The translations under genes were made by a program, and so were the position numbers. DNA of 64,000 nucleotides from Planctomycetota bacterium (GTDB lineage Bacteria > Planctomycetota > UBA1135 > UBA2386). The stretch is taken from positions 2,656,001-2,720,000 of the forward strand of contig OZ245006.1 of assembly GCA_965223545.1 (NCBI GenBank), written 5' to 3'. Below, piece by piece: positions 38,628 through 47,960 of this stretch. The notes beneath the pieces are model-generated. The model did not search any database and had not been told where the DNA came from. It saw only the letters and a list, made by a program, of their open reading frames with translations. Numbering within the stretch: the stretch's first letter is position 1; each line of letters begins with the position of its first letter.

Positions 38628-38655
38628 GAGGCCGTGCGCTGAGAGGCCGTGAGCT
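38617..38655 (+). repeat. 15-bp tandem repeat x2.5 spanning the FG-GAP gene stop codon
   Basis: ccgtgcgctgagagg ccgtgcgctgagagg ccgtgagct. Confidence 0.85.
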
Positions 38656-38796
38656 CTGGCGCCGGCCTGCCGGGTTGACCTGCCTCCGCGGTCGCCGAGG
38701 ATCTGGGTCATGGTTCACCGCGCGCTCTGGATGATCATCGCTGTCGCGTGCGGGTGTGCGCAGTATTCCAAGCTCGAACACTCGACGAGCACGCCC

Positions 38797-39180
38797 ATGA
38801 CCCCGCACCTGTTTCGTGTCATCGTCCCGGTCGGCGACATCCAGCGCGCCGAGCACTTCTACGCTCGGGTTCTCGGCCTCGCCGGTGAACGCGTGTCGCC
38901 CGGACGCCACTACTTCGACTGCGGCGGGACGCTGCTGGCGTGCTTCGACCCCCGCGCCGACGGCGACGACTTCGACGCGACGCCGAACCCGGACCACATC
39001 TACTTCGCCGTCGACGACCTGGACGCGACATACGAGCGTTGTCGTCAGGCCGAGCCGCGGCGGCTCGATGCGGAGATCGCGGTGCAACCGTGGGGTGAGC
39101 GCAGCTTCTACGTGACCGACCCGTTCGGCAATCGACTGTGCTTCGTTGCCCGGGAGACCGTGTTCAGCGGAAAGAAGTAG
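38797..39180 (+). CDS. VOC/glyoxalase family protein
   Basis: V.DI.RA..FY..VLG, HIYFAVDDLD, QPWGERSFY..DPFGN. Confidence 0.9.
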   Translation: MTPHLFRVIVPVGDIQRAEHFYARVLGLAGERVSPGRHYFDCGGTLLACFDPRADGDDFDATPNPDHIYFAVDDLDATYERCRQAEPRRLDAEIAVQPWGERSFYVTDPFGNRLCFVARETVFSGKK

Positions 39181-39181
39181 C

Positions 39182-40288
39182 GTGCGGAGGGCCGCTGCGA
39201 GGCCTGGGTCTCGACGCTGTGCCGAGGCGGCGGCGCTCATCGGCTGCGCGTTCGGCAGCGCTTGCGCGACCCGCGGTCCGGATCTCGACGCGGTCGCGCA
39301 GCGGACCCGCGCGTTCGTCGGCGCGCCCGCGTTGGGCGTCTTGGCGGGGCGCTCTGGTGCCCCGCCCGAAATCGCGGTGACCGGCGTCCGTGTGCAGGGT
39401 GCCGATGCTCTCGCGCAAGCAGACGACGCCTGGCACTGGGGATCGATCACCAAGTCGGTCACCGCCACCCTCGCGGCGCGCCTCGTCGATCAAGGGCTCG
39501 TGACGTGGGACGACAGCGTGGAGCGACACTTGGGTTCCTCGATTCCCGACATGCGGCCCGAGTTCCGGCCGGTCACGCTGCGTCATCTCCTCGCCAACGC
39601 CGGCGGCCTGCCGAACAATCTGCCGCTCCACCGCTTCGCCGAGTTCGCGACGAACCCGGACGACCCCATCGCCGATCGACGGCGTTGGGTCCGCCTGGCC
39701 CTGCGACAACCCCCGGTGGCCCGCCCCGGCGAACGCTTCGACTACTCCAACAACGGCTTCATCGTCGCCGCTGCGATGCTCGAGGCGGTGACGGGAGCCT
39801 CTTGGGAGGAGCTCGTGCAGCGCGAGGTCTTCGAACCGTTGCAGATGACCGGCGCGGGCTTCGGCGCGCCGCCGGGGGCCGCGATTCGCGGGCACGTGCG
39901 CACCGACGAAACGCCGGTGCCCGCGCCGCCGCTACGCGACAATCCCCCGGCGCTCGGCCCGGCAGGGCGCATCCACATGCCGTTGGGCGCCATGGCGCGC
40001 TATCTCGCGGCCCACGCTGACGAGCGCGCCGACTACCTTTCCGCCGACAGCTGGTCCGCCCTGCACACCGCGCACTTCGCGGCGCAGTACGGGCTCCGCT
40101 GGTTCACGACCGGAGAGACCACCCGGTGGCACCACGGCTCGAACACGATGTGGTACGCCGAGGTGGCCATCGACGTGCGCAGCGGCACTTTCGGTGCCGT
40201 GGTGGTCAACGACGGCGGGGTCGCGCGGACTCCCGATCGGTTGCGGGAGCTCCTGGACACGCTCGTGGAGGGCGGTCCGCCGAGGTAG
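39182..40288 (+). CDS. Serine hydrolase (beta-lactamase/AmpC-like), possible lipoprotein
   Basis: GSITKS (SxxK), YSN, HHGS; start uncertain. Confidence 0.88.
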   Translation: MRRAAARPGSRRCAEAAALIGCAFGSACATRGPDLDAVAQRTRAFVGAPALGVLAGRSGAPPEIAVTGVRVQGADALAQADDAWHWGSITKSVTATLAARLVDQGLVTWDDSVERHLGSSIPDMRPEFRPVTLRHLLANAGGLPNNLPLHRFAEFATNPDDPIADRRRWVRLALRQPPVARPGERFDYSNNGFIVAAAMLEAVTGASWEELVQREVFEPLQMTGAGFGAPPGAAIRGHVRTDETPVPAPPLRDNPPALGPAGRIHMPLGAMARYLAAHADERADYLSADSWSALHTAHFAAQYGLRWFTTGETTRWHHGSNTMWYAEVAIDVRSGTFGAVVVNDGGVARTPDRLRELLDTLVEGGPPR

Positions 40289-40328
40289 CGCCGGGGCGGG
40301 GCGGGCGGTTGGCTGGGTGGGGTGCGAG

Positions 40329-40360
40329 GTGATGAATCGGAGCCTGGCTCCGTACTTTCA
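40329..40360 (-). repeat. Single GTAC-REP-like copy abutting the FadL-like stop codon
   Basis: GTGATGAATCGGAGCCTGGCTCCGTACTTTCA, 29/32 identical to 24953-24984. Confidence 0.88.
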
Positions 40361-41683
40361 GAAGCGTGATTCGATGCCGAAGACGAGGCTTTGGGTGGAG
40401 AGGGTGTTGCGGACGGAGGTGTTGGGGATCGCGCCGCCGATCGACTGGTAGGGGCCGTCGATCTCGTTCTCGAAGCCGTGGGTGTAGGTGAGGCTCGCCG
40501 AGCAGTGGTCGCTGAGCGCCGCGCTCAGGCCGACGCCGAGGTGGTGCTGGATGATCGCCGGCGCGGTGACGTTGATCGCCGAGATCGCGTCGGGCACGGG
40601 GTTTTGGTTGAACGAGTAGCCGCAGCGCAGGGTCAGGGTGTCGGTGGCGCGATACTGCACACCGAGGGCCAGGACCCAGATGCTGTCCCAGCCGAAGCCG
40701 CGCACCGTGCCGGTGTTGTCGAAGCCGCTCTCGCGAAAGCCGTCGGTGTTCTCGTAGTCGATGTAGCGGACATCCAGGGCGAGCTCGAGGTCGTCGAGGC
40801 CGGAGTAACCGAGGCCGAGCGAGGCGATCATCGGGAAGTCGAGGTTGAAACCGAACGCGCGCGGCGCGCCGAGCTCGTTGGTGGTGTTGAACTCGAACTT
40901 CTCGAACCACTGCGGAGTCTTGAGCGACGCGCCGAACTGCCAATCGCCGCCGTCGTAGAAGGCACCCGCTTGGGCGCCGATGCCGAACGCCGACGTCGCG
41001 GAGGTCGAGGGGTAGGTGCCGAAGCCGTCGCCGTTGGCGTCGTCCGGCGCGGTTGCGGCGAACGGCCCCATCTCGAGCGAGGCCCAGTTGATCACCGGCG
41101 CGAAGCCGACCGACCAGCCTTCCGACACCGCGTAGGCCAGCGTCGGAGCGATCTGCATCAGCTGGTACTGCGAGTAGATCCGGCCGTAGCCGAGGCCGTT
41201 CGGCGCCTGCGGCGAGGCGATCGGGTTGGTGCCGGAGACGGCGTAGTCGACGCCAAAGCCGGCGATGCCGTAGGCGCCGAGGCCACAGGTCCAGCGCGAG
41301 CCCTCCTCGCGCAGCACGAAACCGATGCCGGGAATCGGCGAGGCACCGCGCTGGCTGCTCGAGCTGCCGGCGAGCGTGGTCGACGGGAAGCCCGGCGCGA
41401 ACGCACCGCCGTCGACCCGCGACGACAGCGACGTGTCGGCATCGAACAGCTCGAGACCGAACCCGAACTCGCTGCGGCCCAGGTGCCCGATCGCGGCCGG
41501 GTTCCAGTAGAGCGCACCCAGCGAGTCGACCGGATTGCCAGTGGCCGCGCCGGCCATTGCCCGGTTGGCTGGCCCCACGCCGTTGAGCACGTGACCGGTC
41601 TGCGCCACCGCCCCGCCCGGGATCAGCGCCACCACGGCACCGAGAACCACCACCGCCAACCCGCTGCCGTCGATCAGCCGCAC
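40358..41683 (-). CDS. OmpP1/FadL/TodX family outer-membrane transporter
   Basis: Signal ...AVA|Q; GPANRAMAGA, YWNPA, alternating beta strands, C-terminal Phe. Confidence 0.9.
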   Translation of the reverse strand: MRLIDGSGLAVVVLGAVVALIPGGAVAQTGHVLNGVGPANRAMAGAATGNPVDSLGALYWNPAAIGHLGRSEFGFGLELFDADTSLSSRVDGGAFAPGFPSTTLAGSSSSQRGASPIPGIGFVLREEGSRWTCGLGAYGIAGFGVDYAVSGTNPIASPQAPNGLGYGRIYSQYQLMQIAPTLAYAVSEGWSVGFAPVINWASLEMGPFAATAPDDANGDGFGTYPSTSATSAFGIGAQAGAFYDGGDWQFGASLKTPQWFEKFEFNTTNELGAPRAFGFNLDFPMIASLGLGYSGLDDLELALDVRYIDYENTDGFRESGFDNTGTVRGFGWDSIWVLALGVQYRATDTLTLRCGYSFNQNPVPDAISAINVTAPAIIQHHLGVGLSAALSDHCSASLTYTHGFENEIDGPYQSIGGAIPNTSVRNTLSTQSLVFGIESRF

Positions 41684-41834
41684 TCGTGCTCCCCCGGAAT
41701 CGGACCGCCCACCGGACCGCGCTCCCGACAACCCTCCGATCGACTGGTAAGCCGGCAAGCTTGAGCGCCGAACCGCCGGCGGCAGCGCACCGATCCGAGA
41801 CCGAATTCACCGGCGCGGTGGCTATTCTCGAGAC

Positions 41835-42560
41835 GTGCTGATCGACCTCGCGCGGGGCGCGGGCTTCATGGTCCGCGGGTTCGCGATGCTCCGGCGGCCG
41901 CGCATCCGCCGGCTCGCCGCGGCACCGTTCGCCGCTGCCATCGCCGCCCTCGGCGCCGCGGTCTGGGCCGGCGCCGCCCTGTTCTCGCGTCTCCTGGACT
42001 GGCTGCTCGGCACGATTCCCACCTGGCTGCAGTGGCTCGAGCCCGTGCTCTGGGTGCTGTTCGCGGTCGGCGCGGCGGCCGCGTTCGTCGTTCTGTTCGG
42101 GGCGATCGCGAGCTTGGCCTCGTCTCCGTTCAACGGACCGCTCGCCGCCGCGGTCGAAGAGCTCGCCACCGGCCGAGCCCCTCCATCGGCGTCGTGGGGC
42201 GAGACCGTCCGCGGCGCACCGCGCATGCTGCTCGGCGAAGCCGCCAAGGTCGTCTACACCCTGGGGTGGACCGGCGGCGCGCTGGTGCTGTTCCTGATCC
42301 CCGGCATCAACGTGGCCGCCCCGGCGCTGTGGCTGCTGTGCGCCGCCTGGGTCACCGCGTTCTCCTTCTCCGACTACGGACTCGCCAACCACGGCGTCGG
42401 CCTGCGGCGCGCCCGCCAGCTGCTGCGCCGCCGGTGGGGCGCCGCGATCGGCTTCGGCGGCGCGGCACTGCTATGCTTCGCGGTCCCGCTGCTCAACCTG
42501 CTCGCAGTGCCCGCGGCGGTTTGCGGAGGAACCCTGCTCGCCGTGCACGTGCGGCGCTGA
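41835..42560 (+). CDS. CysZ/EI24 domain membrane protein
   Basis: G...L.RP.IR, ASSPFNGPLA..VE, FLIPGIN, FSDY, VPLLNL..VPAAVCGGT. Confidence 0.8.
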   Translation: MLIDLARGAGFMVRGFAMLRRPRIRRLAAAPFAAAIAALGAAVWAGAALFSRLLDWLLGTIPTWLQWLEPVLWVLFAVGAAAAFVVLFGAIASLASSPFNGPLAAAVEELATGRAPPSASWGETVRGAPRMLLGEAAKVVYTLGWTGGALVLFLIPGINVAAPALWLLCAAWVTAFSFSDYGLANHGVGLRRARQLLRRRWGAAIGFGGAALLCFAVPLLNLLAVPAAVCGGTLLAVHVRR

Positions 42561-42592
42561 ACCACCACCCCCCGCACGCTCGTTGGACCGAC

Positions 42593-43462
42593 ATGCCCAG
42601 CCTCGCTGCCCTCTGCTGTGCCGCGCTGCTCACGAGCCAGGCAGACCTGCCCACAGCCACGGGCGATGGGTCGTTGCGCGCGACTTGCGTGGCCCTGATC
42701 GCGCACCTGGCCCTCGGCGAACCAGAGCTTCCGCCGCTGAAGAGCGAACAGGGCGCGGCGACCGCCGCGCTGCTGCGCCGCGCCGCGCAAGCCGCCGGCG
42801 GGCCGCTGGCCGACACCCGTGCCCCCGACTGGAGGTCGGACCACGCGCTGGCGACGCTCGCGCTCGGTCTCTTGGCCGAGCCGCCCCCGGAGCCCGAGCT
42901 GCGCAGTGCGTTCGCCGCCGCGGTGCAGGTGCTCGAGCACCACTGCCTGCTCGACGACCCGGCCCTCGAGCCCCAGACGCGCGTCTTCGCGGTGTGGGCG
43001 CTGAGCCTCGCCGGCCCTCTCGGCCTGCGCGTGCAGGAGTCCACGTGGCAGCGGCTGGATCATTGGTTGGAAGGCCGCAAGTCGGCACCGAAACCGCGAC
43101 GTGCCGGCGCGGCAGCGCGCCGGCAGGCGATCGCGGCACTGACGGTGCGGACGCTGCGCACCCCTGTCCGCGAGTTCGCGGACCTGAACGCGCCCTGCCT
43201 GGAGCTGCTGCACACCGCCGGACCGGGCGCGGCTGACCTCGAGCCGGTCGACTGGTTCTTCCTCGCCTTCTCGGCGTACCACCTGGGCGGCAAGCCGTTT
43301 CGCGAGTTCCAACGGCGGCAGCGACTGCCGGGAGCCGCGCGGCCGCTAGGGGACTGGCAGGGCGCGTGGGACCGCGCCGCCGGCCCGGAGACGTCGCTCG
43401 CCCTCCAGCTGACGGCGCTGGCGGTCTACTACCGCTACGCGCGGCTGTCTCGCGACTGGTAG
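42593..43462 (+). CDS. Hypothetical alpha-helical protein (prenyltransferase/squalene-cyclase-like repeats possible)
   Basis: Signal-like N-terminus; HALATLAL, W..L..WL, YHLGG, VYYRY. Confidence 0.5.
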   Translation: MPSLAALCCAALLTSQADLPTATGDGSLRATCVALIAHLALGEPELPPLKSEQGAATAALLRRAAQAAGGPLADTRAPDWRSDHALATLALGLLAEPPPEPELRSAFAAAVQVLEHHCLLDDPALEPQTRVFAVWALSLAGPLGLRVQESTWQRLDHWLEGRKSAPKPRRAGAAARRQAIAALTVRTLRTPVREFADLNAPCLELLHTAGPGAADLEPVDWFFLAFSAYHLGGKPFREFQRRQRLPGAARPLGDWQGAWDRAAGPETSLALQLTALAVYYRYARLSRDW

Positions 43463-43488
43463 CGGCACCGGCGATGTGACGCAGCCGC

Positions 43489-43548
43489 TTGACAATTATA
43501 AGACGGCACGTCTTAACGTTGGCGCTCGATTAAGACGACTCGTCTTAA
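43489..43548 (+). promoter_or_regulatory. Promoter (-35 TTGACA) with two TAAGACG-N3-CGTCTTA operators
   Basis: TAAGACG-gca-CGTCTTA (43499-43515) and TTAAGACG-act-CGTCTTAA (43530-43548), centres 32 bp apart. Confidence 0.85.
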
Positions 43549-43561
43549 GAAGGCACGCCGC

Positions 43562-43960
43562 ATGCCCAAACCCGACGTCACGCCGGCCGAGCTCGCCGTC
43601 CTCCAGGTCCTCTGGCAGACCGGGGCGCGCTCCGTGCGCCAGATCACCGACACGCTGTATCCCGACGGCGGCACTCCCGAGTACGGCACGGTGCAGAAGC
43701 TGTTGCAGCGGCTCGCGGCCAAGGGGCACGTGGGCTGCGACCGCGACGCCAGCCCACACCGCTGGCAGGCGCAGACCCCTCGAGAGACCCTTGTCGACAC
43801 GCGGCTGCAAGACCTGGTCGATCAGGTCTGCGCGGGCTCGATCCTCCCCATCGTCTCCCACCTGGCGCGGCGGCGGCTCGACGCCGACGAACGCGCGGAG
43901 CTGCGCCGCTTCGTCGAGCAGCTCGACGGAGCGCCCGCCAAACGGAGGCGCCGGCGATGA
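43562..43960 (+). CDS. BlaI/MecI/CopY family repressor
   Basis: VTPAELAVLQVLW, YGTVQKLLQRL..KG, ERAELRRFVE. Confidence 0.92.
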   Translation: MPKPDVTPAELAVLQVLWQTGARSVRQITDTLYPDGGTPEYGTVQKLLQRLAAKGHVGCDRDASPHRWQAQTPRETLVDTRLQDLVDQVCAGSILPIVSHLARRRLDADERAELRRFVEQLDGAPAKRRRRR

Positions 43961-45570
43961 CCGACGCTTTCGTCATGATCCTGGCCAATACGCCGATCGC
44001 CGCGGCGATCGGCACGGCGGCGTGGGCGTGCGCGCGGGCCGGCCGGCCCGGCACTGCCCACGCCATCTACTTGCTGGCGCTACTCGAGCTCGTCACCCCT
44101 ACCTGGCTCGCGGTCGGCGCGTGGTCACCGGCACCGCAACCGCCCGAAGTACGGCGCGTGGACGGGGCGCTTTCGACAAGCCCAGCGACCGTCTCCCAGC
44201 CGGCATCCGCGACCGCCAAGCCCGCTACATCCCAGTCCAGCGCGACGCCTCCGGCTCCGCATGCCGGCGCGGCGCCCGCCTCGTCTGCGCCAACGCGCAC
44301 GCTTTCGGCGGCGAGCTTGCTGGCACCGACCTGGGCGTTGGGCGCGTTGCTCCTGGCCTCGTGCATGCTGCATCGCGGCCACCGCTTCCGCACCGCGGTG
44401 CGCGGCGCCCGACCGGCACCGACCTCATGGCAAGAAGAGGCGCGCGCGCTGCTGCCCGAGGTCGGCCTGCGCCGGTTGCCAGCGCTGTTCGCGGTGCGCG
44501 CCGACATCTCGCCGCTGGTGTACCCCACGCTGCGCGGCCCGCAGATCCTGCTGCCGGAGCCCCTGCTGGCGGGCATGCCCGCTGCGCAGCGCCAGGCCCT
44601 GCTCCTGCACGAGCTCGCCCACGTCCGCCGCCGCGACCCGTGGCTGCGCCCGCTCGAGGTCGCCCTGCTGCTCGGCCTCTGGTGGCACCCGTTGGCGTGG
44701 TGTCTGCGCGCCGGCCTGCGCGAGGCCGAGGAAGCCGCCTGCGATGCGTGGGTCACCGCCGCGCGCCCCGACGCCCGGCGCGCGTACGCGCAGGCCTTGC
44801 TCGCCGCCGCCGACGCGATCGCCGCCCCGAAACCACCTTCATTTGCCTGTGGCGCACTGCGCCTCGACCACTGGAAGCAACGCATGAACGCGATCCTGAC
44901 CCGTCCTTCTCGGCCGCGCAGCGGCCCGTTCGGCCGCGCCGCCGTCGCTGGCGTCGCCGCTCTCCTGCCGCTCGGCCTACTGCCCGCGCAGCCGGAGACC
45001 ACGCCTGCGACAACCACCACGGCGGCCGACGACGCCGAGGAGGCGACTCCGGTGGATGGCGCGCAGGTCTACGGCGCAATCCAACGCCCTGGATGGCATC
45101 AGCTCGGTGCCGAGACGACCGTGCTGGAAGTCGTGCAGGGGGCGGAGCCGACCAACGGCGCGGACCTCGCCAGACTCCTGCTGATCCGCGACACGACGCT
45201 GTTGCGGATCGATGTGCGCGCGATGGTCCTCGATGGCACCACCACGAACAACGTGATCGTGCGCGACGGCGACGTGCTGATCGTGCCGCTGGGCCCGGCG
45301 CGCGGCGAAGCCACGCCGGCACCGCGGCCACTGGCGATCGGCGATTCCATCGACTTCCTGATCGACCCGGTCATCATCGAGCAGGGCGCTGCCCTTCTCG
45401 CCGAGCTGCGCAAACCACAGGGCATCGACGAGTCGGGCCGCATTCTGATTCCCTACGTCGGGCGCGTGCTCGCCGCTGGACTGACCATCGACGAACTCGA
45501 AGCCGTGGTGCGCACCAAGCTCCGCGCGTTGTTCGCCACTGACTTCGTCCTGCACGCCCGTCGCTGGTGA
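43957..45570 (+). CDS. M56 metallopeptidase fused to SLBB-like and Poly_export (Wza-like) domains
   Basis: LLHELAHVRRRD, WWHP, EEAACD; C-term IDVRAMVLDG...NVIVRDGDVLIVP then IDESGRILIPYVGRV.AAGLTIDELE. Confidence 0.85.
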   Translation: MTDAFVMILANTPIAAAIGTAAWACARAGRPGTAHAIYLLALLELVTPTWLAVGAWSPAPQPPEVRRVDGALSTSPATVSQPASATAKPATSQSSATPPAPHAGAAPASSAPTRTLSAASLLAPTWALGALLLASCMLHRGHRFRTAVRGARPAPTSWQEEARALLPEVGLRRLPALFAVRADISPLVYPTLRGPQILLPEPLLAGMPAAQRQALLLHELAHVRRRDPWLRPLEVALLLGLWWHPLAWCLRAGLREAEEAACDAWVTAARPDARRAYAQALLAAADAIAAPKPPSFACGALRLDHWKQRMNAILTRPSRPRSGPFGRAAVAGVAALLPLGLLPAQPETTPATTTTAADDAEEATPVDGAQVYGAIQRPGWHQLGAETTVLEVVQGAEPTNGADLARLLLIRDTTLLRIDVRAMVLDGTTTNNVIVRDGDVLIVPLGPARGEATPAPRPLAIGDSIDFLIDPVIIEQGAALLAELRKPQGIDESGRILIPYVGRVLAAGLTIDELEAVVRTKLRALFATDFVLHARRW

Positions 45571-45601
45571 CCACGGCCGCCGCGCTCGTTATTCTCGGCG
45601 C

Positions 45602-46483
45602 GTGCAAGTCCACCTCGTCGACGGGACCTACGAGCTGTTCCGCGCGTTCTACGGCGCGCCGCCGGCCACCGACGCCGATGGCCGACAGATCGGTGCCACC
45701 CGCGGGATGCTGCGTACGCTCGCCGCGCTGCTGGCGCAGCCCGAGGTCAGCCACGTGGCGTGTGCCTTCGACACGGTCATCGAGTCGTTCCGCAACGAGC
45801 TCTTCGATGGCTACAAGACCGGAGAGGGCATCGATCCGGAGCTGCACGCGCAGTTTCCACTGGCCGAACGCGCCGCCGCGGCGCTCGGCATCGAGGTCTG
45901 GTCGATGCACGACTTCGAGGCCGACGATGCGCTCTGCGCGGGCGCGGCGCGCTACGCCGCCGACCCGCGCGTCGAGCGCGTAGTGCTGTGCTCGCCCGAC
46001 AAGGACCTGGCGCAGTGCGTGCGCGGCACGCGCGTGGTGATGCTCGACCGCCGCCGCGGTACGGTGCTCGACGAGGACGGAGTCGTAGCGAAGTTCGGCG
46101 TCGAGCCCGCCTCGATCCCCGACTGGCTGGCGTTGGTCGGCGACAACGCCGACGGCATCCCGGGAATCCCGCGCTGGGGCGCGCTGTCCGCCGCGAAGGT
46201 GCTGGCGCACTACGGCCACATCGAAGCGATTCCCGAGGAAGCCGACGCGTGGCAGGTCGCGGTGCGCGGCAAGGCCGCGTTGGCGAAGAACCTGAACGAC
46301 GCGCGGGCCGACGCGGAGCTGTACCGGACGCTCGCCACGCTGCGCCCGGACGCGCCCATCAGCGACCTGGACGCCTTGGCCTGGGGCGGCGTCGACACCG
46401 ACGCCCTCGCCGCGCTGTGCGCCGAGATCGACGACCCGACGTTTCCCGACCGCGCGGCGTGGAGCCGCGACGCCAAACGCTGA
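45602..46483 (+). CDS. Stand-alone 5'-3' exonuclease / flap endonuclease
   Basis: LVDGTYELFRAFY, FD, FRN.LF.GYK, EADD, SPDKD, LVGD.ADGIPGI..WG (H3TH). Confidence 0.92.
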   Translation: MQVHLVDGTYELFRAFYGAPPATDADGRQIGATRGMLRTLAALLAQPEVSHVACAFDTVIESFRNELFDGYKTGEGIDPELHAQFPLAERAAAALGIEVWSMHDFEADDALCAGAARYAADPRVERVVLCSPDKDLAQCVRGTRVVMLDRRRGTVLDEDGVVAKFGVEPASIPDWLALVGDNADGIPGIPRWGALSAAKVLAHYGHIEAIPEEADAWQVAVRGKAALAKNLNDARADAELYRTLATLRPDAPISDLDALAWGGVDTDALAALCAEIDDPTFPDRAAWSRDAKR

Positions 46484-46545
46484 GACGGCCTGCGAACGGC
46501 TCGAGCGCTACACTGAGCATCTCCGCCCACGGAGTCGATCACACC

Positions 46546-47892
46546 ATGAACTCATCCGCCGCCACGCGCTGGTTCGCCTTCTGCCTTATCACCATCGCCG
46601 GTGCGCCGCTGTTCGCCCAGGACGGCACGTGGCCGCAGTTCCGCGGACCGCAAGCCCGCGGCGTCGCCGACGACGTCGCCGCGCCGGTGGAGTGGAACGT
46701 CGAGACCGGCGACAACGTGCGCTGGAAGACGCCGATCCCAGGCTTGGCGCACTCGTCACCGATCGTCTGGGGCGAGCGCATCTACCTCACTACCGCCACC
46801 AAGGAGGGCGAAGCCGAGCTCAAGGTCGGGCTCTACGGATCGGTGGAACCGGTCGCCGACGAGGGCGAGCACCAGTTCGAAGTCCTGAGCCTGGACCGCG
46901 CCTCGGGCGAGGTGGTCTGGCGGGTCACGGCTTGGCAAGGCGTGCCGGCCATCGCGCGCCACCCCAAGGGCAGCCACGCGGCATCGACTCCGGCCACCGA
47001 CGGCGAGCACGTGGTCGCGTTCTTCGGCACCGAGGGTCTCTACTGCTTCGACCGCGACGGTGAGCTGAAATGGAAGCGGGACTTCGGCGTGCTGGACTCC
47101 GGCTTCTTCATGATGCCGTCGGCGCAGTGGGGCTTCGCCAGCTCGCCGGTCTTGCACGACGGCCGCGTCTACATCCAGTGCGACGTGCAAGGCGAGGACT
47201 TCGTCGCCGCGCTGGACGTCGCCACCGGCGAGGACATCTGGCGCACCGCGCGCGACGACGTGCCGACCTGGGGCACTCCGACCGTCGACGTCGACGGCGA
47301 CCGCCGGCAACTGATCGTCAACGGCTACCGCCAGATGGCCGGCTACGACCTCGACAGCGGCGCGTTGCTGTGGACGCTGGCCAACGGCGGCGACATCCCG
47401 GTGCCGACGCCGATCGTCGCCCACGACCTCGTCTTCCTCACCAGCGCGCACGGTCCCGCCTCGCCGATCGCGGCGATCGAAGCCGGCGCGCGCGGCGAGC
47501 TCGGCCTCGATGCGGAGGCCCACGAGGCGGTCGCATGGAGCGTGATGCGCGGCGGCAACTACATGCAGACCCCGCTGATCTACGGCGACCTGCTGTACAC
47601 CTGCCGCGACATGGGCGTGCTGTCGTGCTTCGACGCCCGCACCGGCGAGCGCCACTACCGAGAGCGCATCGAGGCCGGGGTCGGCTTCACCGCGTCGCCG
47701 GTCGCCGCCGCGGGGATGCTCTACTACGCCAGCGAGGTCGGCACCGTGCACGTGGTCCGCGCCGGGCCCGAGTACGAGCTCGTCGCCAGCAACGAAATGG
47801 GCGAGACCTGCATGGCGACGCCGGCGGTGTCCGGCGGCACGCTCTACGTGCGCGGCCGCCACCACCTGTTCGCGATCGCCAATCCCGAGTGA
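46546..47892 (+). CDS. PQQ-binding-like beta-propeller protein
   Basis: Signal ...LFA|Q; WPQFRGP, WKT.IPG.AHSSPIVWG, ASTPATDG, ATPAVSGG.LYVRG..HLFAI. Confidence 0.9.
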   Translation: MNSSAATRWFAFCLITIAGAPLFAQDGTWPQFRGPQARGVADDVAAPVEWNVETGDNVRWKTPIPGLAHSSPIVWGERIYLTTATKEGEAELKVGLYGSVEPVADEGEHQFEVLSLDRASGEVVWRVTAWQGVPAIARHPKGSHAASTPATDGEHVVAFFGTEGLYCFDRDGELKWKRDFGVLDSGFFMMPSAQWGFASSPVLHDGRVYIQCDVQGEDFVAALDVATGEDIWRTARDDVPTWGTPTVDVDGDRRQLIVNGYRQMAGYDLDSGALLWTLANGGDIPVPTPIVAHDLVFLTSAHGPASPIAAIEAGARGELGLDAEAHEAVAWSVMRGGNYMQTPLIYGDLLYTCRDMGVLSCFDARTGERHYRERIEAGVGFTASPVAAAGMLYYASEVGTVHVVRAGPEYELVASNEMGETCMATPAVSGGTLYVRGRHHLFAIANPE

Positions 47893-47960
47893 CAACCGAG
47901 CATGCTGTTGGCGCTCGCGCACGCCGGCGTTTGCTTGGGCGCCGACGCCAGTATTGCCTC

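Noticed and set aside
40293..40322. G-run tract that could form a G-quadruplex
   Set aside because: G-runs are common at this GC content, and it is probably just the flank of the REP-like copy.
40437..41749. 14-bp direct repeat CCGATCGACTGGTA near both ends of the FadL-like gene
   Set aside because: One copy is inside the CDS, a match of this length is plausible by chance in GC-rich DNA, and there is no integrase.
28525..45570. Beta-lactam resistance locus (BlaI/BlaR + serine hydrolase)
   Set aside because: Neither M56 protein has a penicillin-binding domain, and the serine hydrolase is unlinked to them.
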